Program-made: the position numbers and the translations under genes | The notes under the pieces: generated by a model | The model's input: the letters and a program-made list of their open reading frames with translations, nothing else | Told to the model about the DNA's origin: nothing | Database searches by the model: none | In this document: positions 63,007-64,000 of the stretch, in pieces | How positions within the stretch are numbered: position 1 is the stretch's first letter | Layout: every line of letters begins with the position of its first letter | NCBI RefSeq assembly: GCF_036321535.1 | Contig: NC_087437.1 | Span: forward strand, 59,212,001 to 59,276,000 | DNA from: Camelus dromedarius | Lineage: Eukaryota | DNA: 64,000 nt | Direction of reading: 5' to 3'

Positions 63007-64000
63007 TTTACTGTTCTAACAGCTTAGACTGAAAGTTATGCTAACATTCATGCCAAAAGTGGGGAAACCTTTTTACTATGAGCCACTGACCAACAGGATG
63101 AAAAATTTGCAATCCAGTTAGATAAAAAAGGAATTTTTTCCAGACTTTTATTTTTAAAACACTCTACTAAATTACAAACAAGTAATGCAATATTCTCTTC
63201 CATAAATGAAGCAGAGAGTAATACATGTTATATAGTCATTCAAATGTTTAGAGTCAGTTTAAAGTGTTTGGAAAGTGCTAGTTGGAAGTACATGAACACA
63301 CTCACACACACCCCAGACAAAACCAGAAAAAGGACACACACAAAAAAAATGGTCAGGATACAAATGCCAAAGAGAGACATGGAAGCAGAGAAAGTTTTGT
63401 TTCAAGAAAATAATAGCCCATATTGAACGTTTTTCAAATCCTATTGCATTTTTAAAACAATAAGCAAAAATAGATTTGCAATCTAGTCTTGACATATTGC
63501 CAGAAGAAAAATTTTTTTTTTTAAATTCAGGCTCGGAAACTTCTGACATTTACCTCAACAGTAATTCTCAAATTTTCATCTTTCTCCTATAACCACCCCC
63601 TTTGATCACACCTCTAAAAATCTGCCAAGATTTCCATCTGAAGGAGAAAATAAATACTTGAGTCTTTCCTTTGTTTCACCAGGAAAGAAAAAGAGGCTGG
63701 CAGACTTACATAACCACCAAAATGAAAAGATCAATAAGGATTTCAAACAAGAATCGAAAAACTGAGTACTCATTTTAGAGAGGCATGAGTTTCTAGCAGA
63801 CCATGCTCTCAGCTCCGGGTTCTCCTGGCATGGTCAGTGATTCCTTACTAACCCTACTGAAGACAGCTATCAAAACAAACTCTGTGCTGGTGGTGACTGG
63901 CGGCCGAGGAAGAATGTTCCTCAAGTTAAAGATTTAGATTCTGTTTCAGATGCTGCCACAAAGCTAGGTGAACATCACCAAGTCATTCAGAGTCAAATTA

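Overview
Mammalian genomic DNA, most likely a camelid, judged from tRNA-Ala-derived Vic-1-like SINEs (inference). It carries the LRRC15 - GP5 - ATP13A3 syntenic block, all on the minus strand. LRRC15 is complete: non-coding exon 1 at ~15890-15974, a single coding exon with CDS 8090-6336 (584 aa) and a ~3.9 kb 3'UTR. GP5 (platelet glycoprotein V) is complete: exon 1 at ~42927-42954 and CDS 41918-40245 (557 aa). The last four coding exons and the ~3.2 kb 3'UTR of ATP13A3 fill the right end. The rest is intronic or intergenic DNA with L1, L2, CR1, MIR, MER20, Tigger, MER97-like, MLT and MER21-like remnants. I found no convincing new multi-gene system. The best leads are: (1) a TSD-flanked L1 fragment whose interior was replaced by about 1.2 turns of a circularly permuted copy of a 65-bp sequence 1.67 kb away; (2) a candidate stop-containing (poison) exon and a competing splice donor at the ATP13A3 3' end; (3) an AA instead of AG at the expected GP5 splice acceptor. 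Repeat family names are from recognition, not from a RepeatMasker run, and their boundaries are approximate.
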